DNA of 63,852 nucleotides, filler included, from Octopus bimaculoides (GCF_001194135.2; 5 parts of 4 records of this genome joined end to end with filler, not necessarily neighbours in it); one strand, 5' to 3'. Shown: positions 37,444-50,420, numbered from the whole stretch's first letter. The notes: generated by a model not told the origin, from the letters alone. Program-made: numbers and translations.

Positions 37444-38269
37444 TACTCTTCGCAAATGCTTAATATAATGGCACCTGGAATGAAAAAGAATAATTACGTA
37501 AATCGTTCCCAGAAAAATATTTTACCTACAAAATTTATACTCGTAATAAAACAACAGTAGAATGTAAAGAATATTTTATGTAAAGTGAAAAGAATGTCAA
37601 GATTATTTATAATGAACATATTATTAATATAAGCATTTTCTGAATCACTTTCACTCGCACTAAACTCGTGCGCACAGTCACTTGTAGACGCTATCACCGA
37701 TTCACAAGCACTTCTAGATGGACTTGTAGATTTCTTTTAAAAAAACAAGTCTAGAGTTGTTTGCTTAGAAGCTTTTTTTTTCGCTCTCTATAATTTTCTC
37801 GTCAACAAGCAGAAACATTTGTTATGGTAGTAGAGTACTTTTCCACTTCGTTCAAAATTTGGATCTTGTGTTTGACAAATTTCTTATTATAAAATAAAAC
37901 TCGTAAACCCAGGGTCTCGTAAAAAGGGTCCTCGTAAACTGTGGTATAACTGCATATAGATTATTATTATTTTTTATCTCTCCTCTATTTTTTCTTATCT
38001 TATTGGTGTTCAGAGAGTAGCTGATTTCCACTATTGAGCATATTCTATTCATTAGGATCCTACACAGCAATATCTGGTTGGTAGTGTATTAATTTGGTTG
38101 CTGTTTTAATAGTTATCTCAAGGACACAGCACACCTACTTGATTGAGAATAGAACGCACAACCTTAGAACCATGAAGTGAATATCGTAACCACTATCCAA
38201 CGCAAATTAGCATTCCCCACTTTCATCATTAACAATGACAACAACAAAAATGTAGAGCTTCGGTCAATT

Positions 38270-38420
38270 TCCCCAGCGTTATCCTTCTACCAAATTCACT
38301 CACAAGGCATTGGTTCACTCGGGGTTATAGTAGAAGACCTTCAAGGTGTCACGCAGTGGGACCGAACCCGAAATTACGCGCTTGCAAAGTTAGCTTCTTC
38401 ATAACTCAGTCATGCTTGCA
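38270..38420 (-). mobile_element. SINE family A 5' half, diverged
   Basis: CTACCAAATTCACTCACAAGG..TATAGTAGAAGAC..CAAGGTGTCACGCAGTGGGAC matches the reverse complement of the head and core. Confidence 0.7.
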
Positions 38421-38725
38421 TCTTTAACTGATTTCGATATAATCCAAGTTACAGCTGACTTCGGTGAAATTTGAACTCAGAACGTAAAAAGCCGGAATGA
38501 ATACGGTGAGTCATTTCAGGGAGGTTCCTAACAAGCTTTCCTATTTGCCGTTTTTACAGTCATATGCAAGATTTTCCTGGACATACTTTCAAATAGTCAG
38601 CATGTCCACATCTGGAATGTCTTTGTTCCTAAGTCTACAGGATCGGAGGTGGCCTGGAGTTAAATAATAGCAGTCCAATGATAATTTCGTAAACATTTGC
38701 ACAGATAAAACACACACACACAGAG

Positions 38726-38787
<62 letters not shown>

Positions 38788-38870
38788 GTATACATACAAA
38801 CATACATACATGTATACATACATACATACATACATATGTGCTAACGATTTTACCAGCTCACCTTGTAAGA

Positions 38871-39260
38871 CTAGTACTTATAATATCGGTCCCTATTGCC
38901 GAACTGCTAGTTTACGGGTACATATACACACCAACATCGGTTGTCAAGTTATGGCGGGGTGCGAAACACAGACACACACACAAATATATACATATGAACT
39001 TGTTCTCTTCCTCAGCTGCTTCTCGTTCACGGGGGAGTTTTACGAATATTTCTTGGGAGTGGCAATGGGAACGACAATGGGTCCCAACTATGCGAATGTG
39101 CTGGTTTTTTTTTTTATTCCATCTCTGTTTATTCTGTCGTGTTTCGTTCTATTGAAAAGCGTAGGCTCAAAACGTAAAAGATTTTCTCACTTTCCCGAAT
39201 ATTAAACTAATACACCTGCTTGTTGTTTATATACCTATCTGCGTCTTTTTTGTAAATTTC

Positions 39261-39308
<48 letters not shown>

Positions 39309-39437
39309 GACGATCTTCCTCCAGTTTCCGTCTACCAAATCCACTCACAAGGCTTTGGTAGGCCGGAAGCTTATAGTAGAAGACACTATCCCGAGTTGCC
39401 ATGCAGACGGACTGAAACTGGAGCCTTGTGGTTGGGA
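38871..39437 (-). mobile_element. SINE family A split by a nested Penelope-like fragment
   Basis: 3' half at about 38871-38975 and 5' half at about 39305-39437, same orientation and order, flanking the insert. Confidence 0.75.
38996..39265 (+). mobile_element. Penelope-like fragment (RT motif fused to terminal repeat with hammerhead-like motif)
   Basis: ELVLFLSCFSFTGEFYEYFLGVAMGTTMGPNYAN (Penelope RT GVAMG motif) at 38996-39104; terminal segment homologous to 53400-53555; hammerhead-like 39145-39180. Confidence 0.8.
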
Positions 39438-39761
39438 AGTATGCATACATACATACGTACGTGCAAATGATTTTGAAAGCTCACCGCTTCCATACCTACA
39501 CACTAATACACATTCATATGTGTGTATTAGTATGTAGTATTTATTCATATGTAGGAAGATTTATACATTGATAAATTATATAGAATAATAAACATACGCA
39601 CAGGCATATTCAACCATATTCATTACAACCATATTCAACTTTTCCCTTTTATTCTCTGTGCCTTACTTTATTTATTCTTCACTCTGATGCCATACCATAC
39701 ACCATTGCAAGCAGAAACAGCTGTTAGATACGATGCAGTCTATTTGTATTGAATTCATAAA

Positions 39762-39979
39762 TAATCCTTTCTACTATAGGCACAAAGCCTGAAATTCTGG
39801 GGGAAGTGGTAAGTCGATTACATCGACCCCAATACGCAACTGGTACTTAATTTATCGACTCCGAAAGGATGAAAGGTAAAGTCGACCTCGGCGGAATTTG
39901 AACTCAGAACGTAGCGGCAGACGAAACACCGCTAAGCATTTCTCCCGGCGTGTTACTGCTTCTGCCAGCTCACCGCCTT
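39762..39979 (-). mobile_element. SINE family B, full length
   Basis: Reverse complement reads AAGGCGGTGAGCTGGCAGAAG..GAGTTCAAATTCCGCCGAGGTCGAC..GGGGTCGATGTAATCGAC..tail. Confidence 0.9.
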
Positions 39980-40049
39980 TGAAATAATAACTAATGTAAG
40001 TCAATCGCTTTTTATGGATATTTCTCCGTTTTTCTGTCTTCTTTATATA

Positions 40050-40249
40050 GAGAGTGGCCCAAAAGTAGGTTTAGTTATTCAACAATCTCTTTCAAAATTC
40101 AGAATTTAAAAGTATAGATTTTAATTATCAAAAAAATATGAAACCATTATTTAATGCTAATAAGTTAGATATTTAAATGAAATAAAATGTTTTAAAAGAA
40201 ATTTAAAGTGTCTTCGTGATAACTGTAAACCTACTTTTGGGTCACCCTG
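40050..40249. mobile_element. 200-bp Tc1/mariner-type MITE
   Basis: Imperfect TIRs GAGAGTGGCCCAAAAGTAGGTTT and AAACCTACTTTTGGGTCACCCTG, with TA on both sides (40048-49, 40250-51). Confidence 0.8.
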
Positions 40250-40286
<37 letters not shown>

Positions 40287-40291
<5 letters not shown>

Positions 40292-40700
40292 CGTAGGAGT
40301 GGCTGTGTGGTAAGTAGCTTGCTTACTAATCACAGGGTCCCGGGTTCAGTCCCACTGCGTGGAGCCTTGGGCACGTGTCTTCTACTATAGCCTCGGGCCG
40401 ACCAAAGCCTTGTGAGTGGATTTGGTAGACGGAAACTGAAAAAAAGCCCGTCGTATATATATGTATATATATATATGTGTGTATGTGTGTATATGTTTGT
40501 GTATCTGTGTTTGTCCCCCCAACATTGCTTGACAACCTATGCTGGTGTGTTTACGTCCCCGTAACTTAGAGGTTCGGTAAAAGAGAACGATAGAATAAGT
40601 ACTAGGCTTACAAAGAATAAGTCCTGGGGTCGATTTGCTCGACTAAAAAGCGGTACTCCAGAATGGCCACAGACAAATGACTGAAAGAAGTAAAAGAGTA
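40287..40700 (+). mobile_element. SINE family A, full length (reference copy used here)
   Basis: ATAGGCGTAGGAGTGGCTGTGTGG (A box), GGTTCAGTCC (B box), CCTTGGGCACG core-like segment, internal microsatellite, GGGGTCGATTTGCTCGACT stem-loop, GTAAAAGAGTA tail. Confidence 0.92.
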
Positions 40701-40769
40701 TTTATATATATATAGATAGATAGATAAATAGATAGATATAGATATATTTATATACAGAGATACATACCT

Positions 40770-41046
40770 ACATGAATACATGCGTACAAACGATTTTACC
40801 AGCTCACCACCACCATATCCAGACATTACTGCTCACATTTATTCATACGTAGGAAGATTTATATATCAATAAATTATATATATTGACAAATATAGCCCCC
40901 CTACACACACACACACACACATATTTATACGTTGGAAGATATATACATTAATAAATTATATACATCAATAAACACAGACAAACACACACATACATACATA
41001 TATGTATGCATATATATATATATATATATATATATANNNNNNNNNN

Positions 41047-41103
<57 letters not shown>

Positions 41104-41330
41104 TTATATACAGTTATATACCAACTTAAATACATGCGTGCTAACGATTTTACCATCTCACCACCTCCATACTCAAACATTATTGCACACATTCATACGT
41201 AGGAAGATTTATATATGAATAAATTATATATATTGACAAACATACGGACCCCCTACACACGCATATTTATACATAGGAATATATATACATTGATAAATTA
41301 TATACGTCAATAAGCACACACAAGCACACA
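40770..41330. repeat. Local repeat, two ~220-bp units with two further degenerate copies upstream
   Basis: AACGATTTTACCA.CTCACCACC..ATTCATACGTAGGAAGATTTATATAT.AATAAATTATATATATTGACAAA at about 40788 and 41142; partial copies at about 38835 and 39462. Confidence 0.8.
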
Positions 41331-41344
41331 CATACATACATACA

Positions 41345-41411
<67 letters not shown>

Positions 41412-41511
41412 NNNNNNNNNNNNNNNNNNNNNNNNNNNNNNNNNNNNNNNNNNNNTTAATTAATTAANNNNNNNNNNNNNNNNNNNNNNNNNNNNNNNNN
41501 NNNNNNNNNNN

Positions 41512-41546
<35 letters not shown>

Positions 41547-42086
41547 AACATCAATACAGTTAATCATCGATACATGCATAGCACACAGATAAACAACAAT
41601 GTGAAGTGTGTGTGTGTGTGTGTGTATGTGTGTGTGTGTGTGTGAACACCCTACCCTATCTACTTCGCACACCGTCGCTCGTTGCTTATCAAGTTCACGC
41701 ATGTTATAAATACGTTCGGTGTGAAAAGACCAAGATATGATGACTGCATTTGTCCCACGTCTAATGTCTATAGCCACACGCTACTGTGGCATTGGCGGCA
41801 CATATGTGTACACGTGCCAGATACACGTGTACTCGTTTACAGGAGAACCATAGAGTTTCATGCGCATTTAATTTCGTGTGTACAGACATATTGCTTTATG
41901 AATTATAACATATTCTCTCAAACACACCGCACACCCTCATATAAAATGAAACATATTTATATATGTATATACAACCACTCACACACACATCCACACGCAC
42001 GCACGCACACACACATACACTTATGTACAATAATACATAGAAATAATATAAATACATATATGTATATATATGTAAGCACGTGTGTA

Positions 42087-42131
<45 letters not shown>

Positions 42132-42300
42132 NNNNNNNNNNNNNNNNNNNNNNNNNNNNNNNNNNNNNNNNNNNNNNNNNNNNNNNNNNNNNNNNNNNNN
42201 NNNNNNNNNNNNNNNNNNNNNNNNNNNNNNNNNNNNNNNNNNNNNNNNNNNNNNNNNNNNNNNNNNNNNNNNNNNNNNNNNNNNNNNNNNNNNNNNNNNN

Positions 42301-42380
<80 letters not shown>

Positions 42381-42589
42381 TACATATATACATATGTACA
42401 TATATATACACGTATATACATACATATAAATATACGTATATCTATCTATCTATATATATATATATGTATATACATACATACACTATCTATCTGTCTTTCT
42501 CTCTATCTATCTAACTTTCTGTCTATCTATCAATCTATCTCCCTCTCTCTCTTTCTCTCTCTTTCTCTCTCTTTCTCTTTCTCTCTCTT

Positions 42590-42624
<35 letters not shown>

Positions 42625-43341
42625 CTATATATACATATATATATATATATACTGAGAGAGAGAGATAGAGAGAGAGAGAAAGAAAGAAAGAAAGATAGAT
42701 AGATACATTTCTTTTATTAGCCACACAGGGCTCAACGAAGATAGATAGATAGATAGATGGATAGATATAGAAATATATATTCGCAAACTATTGGTATTGA
42801 GATCTTTATACATGCTTGTTTCTGTCAGTGTGCATGTGCATGTCTATGTGCGTACGCGCTTTGTGCGCGCGCGAGCGTTCGTGCAACTCAGTTCACCGGT
42901 TATATAGCGATTTTTAATTATTTAAGCTCATGGCAAAAAAGTTATTGACAGAGAAATGAAGTTGTAAGACGTGCATGCTATTCCGACATGATTTTTAATA
43001 TAACAATGTTTTGAATTGGTTTTTCGATACTTCACCATCGTAAAAGAATTTGCTGTTGCAGATTAATCTCAACGAACTGAGATTTTATATCATAGTTCCA
43101 CCTGCTGCTATATCTCCCTCAAATCGGATCCAGGTTACATAATATGGTCTTGTGTTCATTGTACATAAGGGGGAAAAAACAGGATAGTCACAGATGGAAT
43201 GCCTTGGGTTATAATCAACTCGGACAGGAATGATACACACACACACACATACACACACTCATATATACCTACAAACTTATTTGTCTATTTATCTATCTAT
43301 TTATATATATATATATATCTGTCTGTCTGTCTGTTTGTCTG

Positions 43342-43393
<52 letters not shown>

Positions 43394-43713
43394 CCTGTCC
43401 ATCTCTCTACCTCTCTCTCTCCCTCTATCTATCTATTTATCTTCACCCACCTCTCTATGTGTATGTATATATNNNNNNNNNNNNNNNNNNNNNNNNNNNN
43501 NNNNNNNNNNNNNNNNNNNNNNNNNNNNNNNNNNNNNNNNNNNNNNNNNNNNNNNNNNNNNNNNNNNNNNNNNNNNNNNNNNNNNNNNNNNNNNNNNNNN
43601 NNNNNNNNNNNNNNNNNNNNNNNNNNNNNNNNNNNNNNNNNNNNNNNNNNNNNNNNNNNNNNNNNNNNNNNNNNNNNNNNNNNNNNNNNNNNNNNNNNNN
43701 NNNNNNNNNNNNN

Positions 43714-43945
43714 TGAATGGGGTGGGACAAACACAGACACAAAGACACATGCACATAAATATTTACACACACACACACACACATATGTATATATATATAT
43801 ATATGCATGCACACACACAACGGGCTTCTTTCAGTTTCCGTCTACCAAATCCACTCACAAGGCTTTCATCAGCTCGAGGCTATAGTAGAAGACACTTGCC
43901 CAAGGTGCCACGCAGGGGACTGAACCCAAAACGATGTGGTTGGGA
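43714..43945 (-). mobile_element. SINE family A 5' half
   Basis: Reverse complement of the head and core; continues into the microsatellite and N gap. Confidence 0.85.
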
Positions 43946-44199
43946 AGGAAGCATGGGTACGTCCACGTTCAAAGCAAAACCACATGGTTGATTTCGTCTT
44001 TACTCAAAAGTCTAACATTGCCGACGTCTAAAATCTTCGAGCTTAATGTAGTGCCGACTATAAGAGTTTTAGTTCAAATATTCAAATTTTGGATTCGCAA
44101 GAAAATTTGTGTGCATAGTAAAAAGAAAAAAGTAAGGCAAGATAAACACCGAAGCCAATTGATGTTGACAAATTAATTCAATAAGATAAATTGGAACTT

Positions 44200-45015
44200 G
44201 TACAAAACAAGCGTAATTTTGATGGAACTTGAAAAAAATTTTAAGACGCAGGTACATGATTTGGGCGTTACTGTCTTGCGAATTAAAAGAAAGACACGTA
44301 GAGACTGGTTTGACAACAATGAAGACGAAATATTTCAGTTGCTAAGGATAAAAAACCCAATCAATTGACAAGACTTCATTGTATTCCAATACGAAGTATA
44401 AAAAATGTATAGATCGCTCCTATAAGTCACTGAAAGCAATGTTGCAGTGAGAATTAACAATTAAAATAGTGGTCACAAATAACATTGGGTATTCAAGATG
44501 TATGTAATAGATAGGTTTCCTAGTATCTGGACATTAATCATCCTCTGTAGTTCGTTTCAAATCAAAAGATGGGAACTCTTTAAAAACTCAGCCGACATAA
44601 TAAAGCGATAGAAAGAACACCTTTCGGATCTGTTCTTCAACCCTTTCGATTCAACCCTTCCGATGTTAACATGGGAATAACTAATTGATTACTACAAAGA
44701 GCTAATTTGATGCACATAGCATACCTGAATGTGGTAAGTTTCTGTTAGCAATAAGTCAGTTAAACTTTGGTAAAGCTCCAAGCCTAGACGGAATAGGCAT
44801 AGAACTCTTGAAAGCAGAAGGCCATACTGTGGAATCTGCAATATACAGAGTGATAATTGCCTGTTGGGACGGAACTACAATCCCACAAGTCTGAATTAAT
44901 GGCGTACTTGTTTTCGTAAGTAAATGATCTAAGAGTGAAGGTGAAATTTTCAATGGTATCACTCGGAATATTTGGTAAACTCCTCTAGATACTTATGATA
45001 AATCGCCTGATGCGT
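44200..45015 (+). pseudogene. RTE (BovB-like) LINE remnant, EN-RT linker
   Basis: KRKTRRDWFDNNEDEIFQLL, KR*KEHLSDL, GKAPSLDGIGIELLKAEG and IPQV motifs. Confidence 0.75.
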
Positions 45016-45689
45016 GGCAGATGCCACGCATCAGAATAATAAAAGAATAATAAATGTGTGGTTGTTATTTATATATTCTATAACACATGCCGGTGATGTG
45101 CCGAAGTAATCGATATACTGAGAACAGAAATACTTTCATTTACTATCCAAGTAACTTTGCAAGAATGTCCGATTTCCCCAAATCGCATTTAAAAATATTT
45201 AATTTCAAATTCACAGGAATGACTTGTTATATTAATTATTTGGATAACATCTTCCAAGTTATGCTTACCTTACAGTTTTGCGTGGAATAATTCTGGAAGC
45301 CTTTCTTAAACTGATAAGTAGTAAATTTCTATGTATTAACTTAAAATGAGAAGCAAATACAGCTAATATGAAGACACACTTGAAAATAAAATAAAGTCAC
45401 ATACTGATCTCTCTTTCTCTCTCTCTCTCTGTTTTTTTTTTCTCCCTCTCTGCAATTTGTAAAGCGCTATGCAAGGTATAATGGGCTTCTTTTCCGAAAT
45501 AAAGCCACTTCTTTTCACTCTCATGGCTTCAATATTGTTTCGTTCTGACTACTTATTTATCGAAAAAGGTGTCTGTTTAAGTAAGCTTCTGCTGCCCTGC
45601 TTTCTTCTGCAAAAAGTGTGGAAAAGTCAGAGTAGCGGTAAAGCTCTTTTTTTTACTGGCCCTCTCTGGATCACCTTTAGAAACTGAGA

Positions 45690-46291
45690 ACAGAAGTGGG
45701 CCAAGTATTGAACCATGTGGGACCGGCGCATTAATAGATGTTGAGAGGATGACATCAAGGTAGCTTTAAACCTACCTTAGCAGTTTGCCATATGTTCATT
45801 TGGCTCATGCTTGACGTAAAGTAGTTATACAAATCTATAAGAAACGCTATCATAAATTTTTGGGTGTTTAGGACGATGACACATAACTCCTGACCTAAAG
45901 GATAGTCAAATGATCTGCTGTGCTATGATTGGGACGGATGTCAAAATCTCCTTTTTGAGATAATGTGATTTTATAGCAAATATCTATGCGCTATATGGAC
46001 CGCTGATTCCTTTATTTTACTGACGTGGATAAGTAATTAGATAAGGGGGTATTTTAATGAAATCACAAGGATCAACTTTCACTGATTTGAACATAGACCA
46101 CAGTAAATAAAATTTGGAATATGATATACAAAGTAGCGGGAGGAAGTTTAGCTAGTTTCATACAACATTCTGGGCAAAATCGTTAATTTCCCGTGTTATT
46201 TTTACATCTTTTTCAATGTTGTAGCAAAAAATTGATTTATCAATGGTCGTTTGCCATCAGCATTCCATACACGATTATTTTCCTCAAATCG

Positions 46292-46326
<35 letters not shown>

Positions 46327-47194
46327 NNNNNNNNNNNNNNNNNNNNNNNNNNNNNNNNNNNNNNNNNNNNNNNNNNNNNNNNNNNNNNNNNNNNNNNNNN
46401 NNNNNNNNNNNNNNNNNNNNNNNNNNNNNNNNNNNNNNNNNNNNNNNNNNNNNNNNNNNNNNNNNNNNNNNNNNNNNNNNNNNNNNNNNNNNNNNNNNNN
46501 NNNNNNNNNNNNNNNNNNNNNNNNNNNNNNNNNNNNNNNNNNNNNNNNNNNNNNNNNNNNNNNNNNNNNNNNNNNNNNNNNNNNNNNNNNNNNNNNNNNN
46601 NNNNNNNNNNNNNNNNNNNNNNNNNNNNNNNNNNNNNNNNNNNNNNNNNNNNNNNNNNNNNNNNNNNNNNNNNNNNNNNNNNNNNNNNNNNNNNNNNNNN
46701 NNNNNNNNNNNNNNNNNNNNNNNNNNNNNNNNNNNNNNNNNNNNNNNNNNNNNNNNNNNNNNNNNNNNNNNNNNNNNNNNNNNNNNNNNNNNNNNNNNNN
46801 NNNNNNNNNNNNNNNNNNNNNNNNNNNNNNNNNNNNNNNNNNNNNNNNNNNNNNNNNNNNNNNNNNNNNNNNNNNNNNNNNNNNNNNNNNNNNNNNNNNN
46901 NNNNNNNNNNNNNNNNNNNNNNNNNNNNNNNNNNNNNNNNNNNNNNNNNNNNNNNNNNNNNNNNNNNNNNNNNNNNNNNNNNNNNNNNNNNNNNNNNNNN
47001 NNNNNNNNNNNNNNNNNNNNNNNNNNNNNNNNNNNNNNNNNNNNNNNNNNNNNNNNNNNNNNNNNNNNNNNNNNNNNNNNNNNNNNNNNNNNNNNNNNNN
47101 NNNNNNNNNNNNNNNNNNNNNNNNNNNNNNNNNNNNNNNNNNNNNNNNNNNNNNNNNNNNNNNNNNNNNNNNNNNNNNNNNNNNNNNNNNNNNN

Positions 47195-47243
<49 letters not shown>

Positions 47244-47460
47244 TCTCACTGTGTGCACACACACACACGCACACACGCACACACGCATAATTTGAAACCA
47301 TAATTCGTTTCCATCGGGATTGTTGAGTCTAAAAAAGATTCCATGGCAATTTTTATAGAAGGCTTTGTTATCGAGAAAATTTGCCTACGTTTGACCTCAG
47401 ACCACGTATATTTATTTCTATGACCTTTAGATCCTTGTCGTTTTGTCGTAGGTACCAGCT
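45690..47460 (-). pseudogene. CR1/L2-group LINE remnant spanning an N gap (APE start to RT)
   Basis: LKVIEINIRGLRSNVG..KPSIKIAMESFLDSTIP (APE start, about 47300-47440); ILPRMLYE..VSKIKESAV, RPNHSTADHL and VPHGSILGPLLF (46180-45700). Joining across the gap is an inference. Confidence 0.65.
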
Positions 47461-47891
47461 GCACCTTTTTTTATGTGGAAATGATCTACCTGTTCATATA
47501 AGGTGCAATGAACTGCCTTTAGTGTTGTTAATGCCTTTGCTTAAAGCGAGAATTTTGTTCCCAGATGAACTGGGAACTTTTCAATAAATTTGACTTTAAG
47601 CTCAGTAATAATATCACACCAACAGTAAATGGTAAGTTGTTATGCTTAAAAGTGCTTTAAAGTAATAATAATAATAACATTTTAACTCATATATACACAC
47701 ACACATATTGCTGGAGGTATCACAATGATGTATACGATTCAGTAAAAGAATGTAATCAATAATTCTAAAGTGAATATTATTCGTTGACAGCTAACTTTAA
47801 ATAGTGACACGCTACGAGTTCCTCATAGCCAGTCGCTTGATGATCGGGAACGAGAAACTGCACATAGTAATTCATGCAGAATCAGATATGC

Positions 47892-47956
<65 letters not shown>

Positions 47957-48724
47957 ATATATATTGTGTACGTGTGAGTGTGTGCGTGTGTATGTAAAGA
48001 TATATGAATAAATACATACGCATATATGGATGCACATATATGTTTATATATAAATACACATAAATATATTTATATATATAAGTGTGAATATATATANNNN
48101 NNNNNNNNNNNNNNNNNNNNNNNNNNNNNNNNNNNNNNNNNNNNNNNNNNNNNNNNNNNNNNNNNNNNNNNNNNNNNNNNNNNNNNNNNNNNNNNNNNNN
48201 NNNNNNNNNNNNNNNNNNNNNNNNNNNNNNNNNNNNNNNNNNNNNNNNNNNNNNNNNNNNNNNNNNNNNNNNNNNNNNNNNNNNNNNNNNNNNNNNNNNN
48301 NNNNNNNNNNNNNNNNNNNNNNNNNNNNNNNNNNNNNNNNNNNNNNNNNNNNNNNNNNNNNNNNNNNNNNNNNNNNNNNNNNNNNNNNNNNNNNNNNNNN
48401 NNNNNNNNNNNNNNNNNNNNNNNNNNNNNNNNNNNNNNNNNNNNNNNNNNNNNNNNNNNNNNNNNNNNNNNNNNNNNNNNNNNNNNNNNNNNNNNNNNNN
48501 NNNNNNNNNNNNNNNNNNNNNNNNNNNNNNNTATATATATATATATATGTATGTATATATATTTATATGTATGTATACATATACAGGCGCACCCAATGAA
48601 GTACACATACAAACAAACATACATATATAAGGATATACATACATAAATACACACTCACACACGCATACATACATACATACATACATACATACATACATAC
48701 ATACATACATACATGTATCTTAGT

Positions 48725-48790
48725 GGAAGTGACGCCCCAGAACAGCTGTGACAGATGGCACTAAGTGAAAGATATATGTAACAGCTGTGA
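48725..48790. promoter_or_regulatory. Candidate bHLH E-box/ETS-CRE motif cluster
   Basis: GGAAGTGACG 48725-34; CAGCTG 48743-48 and 48782-87 (AACAGCTGTGA twice); CAGATG 48752-57. Confidence 0.25.
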
Positions 48791-49067
48791 ATAAGTAAGG
48801 TGGGATGAACTAAATAACAACAATTACAGCAACATCCATAAAAAAAACAGCAACAACAACGTCAGTAACAACAACAGCAACGGTGACGATGACGATGACA
48901 ACGACAACAAGAACACCAACCACAAAAATAACATACTCAAAAAACAACAACAATACGAACAAGAATATAGACGACAATGAGAACAATAACAGAAAAACAA
49001 ACTGTAATAAAAAAAATTCCGAAGCTGTCATTATGTTCATTTGGATTACAGTAAACACACTAATACC

Positions 49068-49133
<66 letters not shown>

Positions 49134-49344
49134 NNNNNNNNNNNNNNNNNNNNNNNNNNNNNNNNNNNNNNNNNNNNTTAATTAATTAANNNNNNNNNNN
49201 NNNNNNNNNNNNNNNNNNNNNNNNNNNNNNNNNTTTTCTCTTTTTTTTAATTTTGTTCTGGATGTTATTTATCCACAAGGTCTGTTTGGGTGGTAGAACT
49301 CCTGTTCGGATGGGTTTGAGTGAGTATCCTGCTTCTTTTGTGGC

Positions 49345-49418
<74 letters not shown>

Positions 49419-49479
49419 TTATACTTGACTTTTGCTTTGCAATTGTATAAGTTGGCTCCAAGTTTCACCCAGAGACTTC

Positions 49480-50420
49480 AAGAGACAACAAGTTAGAAGT
49501 TCATGTTGGTGCTATGCATTGAGTGCCATATATTTCGTTTTGTACATAGTGTTGTTCTACAGAATGTTTGAGAAACCATAAGAAAATTATGAGTTTGTTT
49601 TAAAATTTGAGATTACATGGACAGTAGGAAATGGACAGTTCCCATGAGCACTATCTTTTGAACTTCTGCAATTTTGGGTGTTCCTTGGTATCTAAGCTAG
49701 GTAGCAATCAGCCCCCTTTTGATATAATTCCAGGGGCACTTATGACAACAGGTACTGTTTTTTGCTACAGGTTCCACATTTTGCTCATTTCTATTTCAAG
49801 AACTATACACTTGTTAAGTTTTCTTAGTTCTTGACAAATACGTTTTTATCGATTGAAACAGTTATATCAATGAAGAGGCATGATTTTTGTTTGAAGTATT
49901 TCAATATAGTGTCTGGCCTATTTGCATCTATCTTTCTGTCAGTTTGAATGGTGAAGTTCCATATGATCATTTTAAAGCACTGGGTGTTTTGTGTTCGAAA
50001 TAAGCAGTGTGTTAGAATGCTAGAGTGGGTTACATGGCTGCTGACGAAGGTGAAAAAACTCCCGATATATGACATATGCACTCATTAATCATTAATGGCT
50101 TCAATTTCCTTGCTTGTTTCTGATACCTCTCGATACAAAATGTTGAAGCAAATAACCTGTGCTGGCTATAATTTCTATAGAAATAACCTTACCAAAATTT
50201 CGTTTCATGTTCGTTGCTAACTATACTGAAATCAACTGTTCTGACTGCATGTTTCCATTATGCTCTTCCATATTCCTTATGATACGGCAAACAATATCTG
50301 GTGTAATCTCGTCTGTCACTCTTATGTTTATATTTTAAAATCCAATAAACATTTCTGGTTCTTCATTCTGCAACACTGGTATATCCCAAGCATATTGATA
50401 TTCTTATTGGTCTGCCTGAA
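49480..50420 (-). pseudogene. RLE-type non-LTR retrotransposon (R4/Dong-like) 3' fragment, third lineage
   Basis: IWNFTIQTDRKIDANRPDTIL..CLFIDITV, IEMSKMWNL and TVPVVISAPG motifs. Confidence 0.75.

Noticed and set aside
36860-37960. Tigger/pogo-like TIR ends near 36915-36930 and 37925-37953
   Set aside because: Single unpaired ends recognised only by resemblance; too weak to call.
48810-49060. Thr/Asn-rich ORF (MTMTMTTTT..NNNN)
   Set aside because: Degenerate (ACA/AAC)n microsatellite, no splice or homology support.
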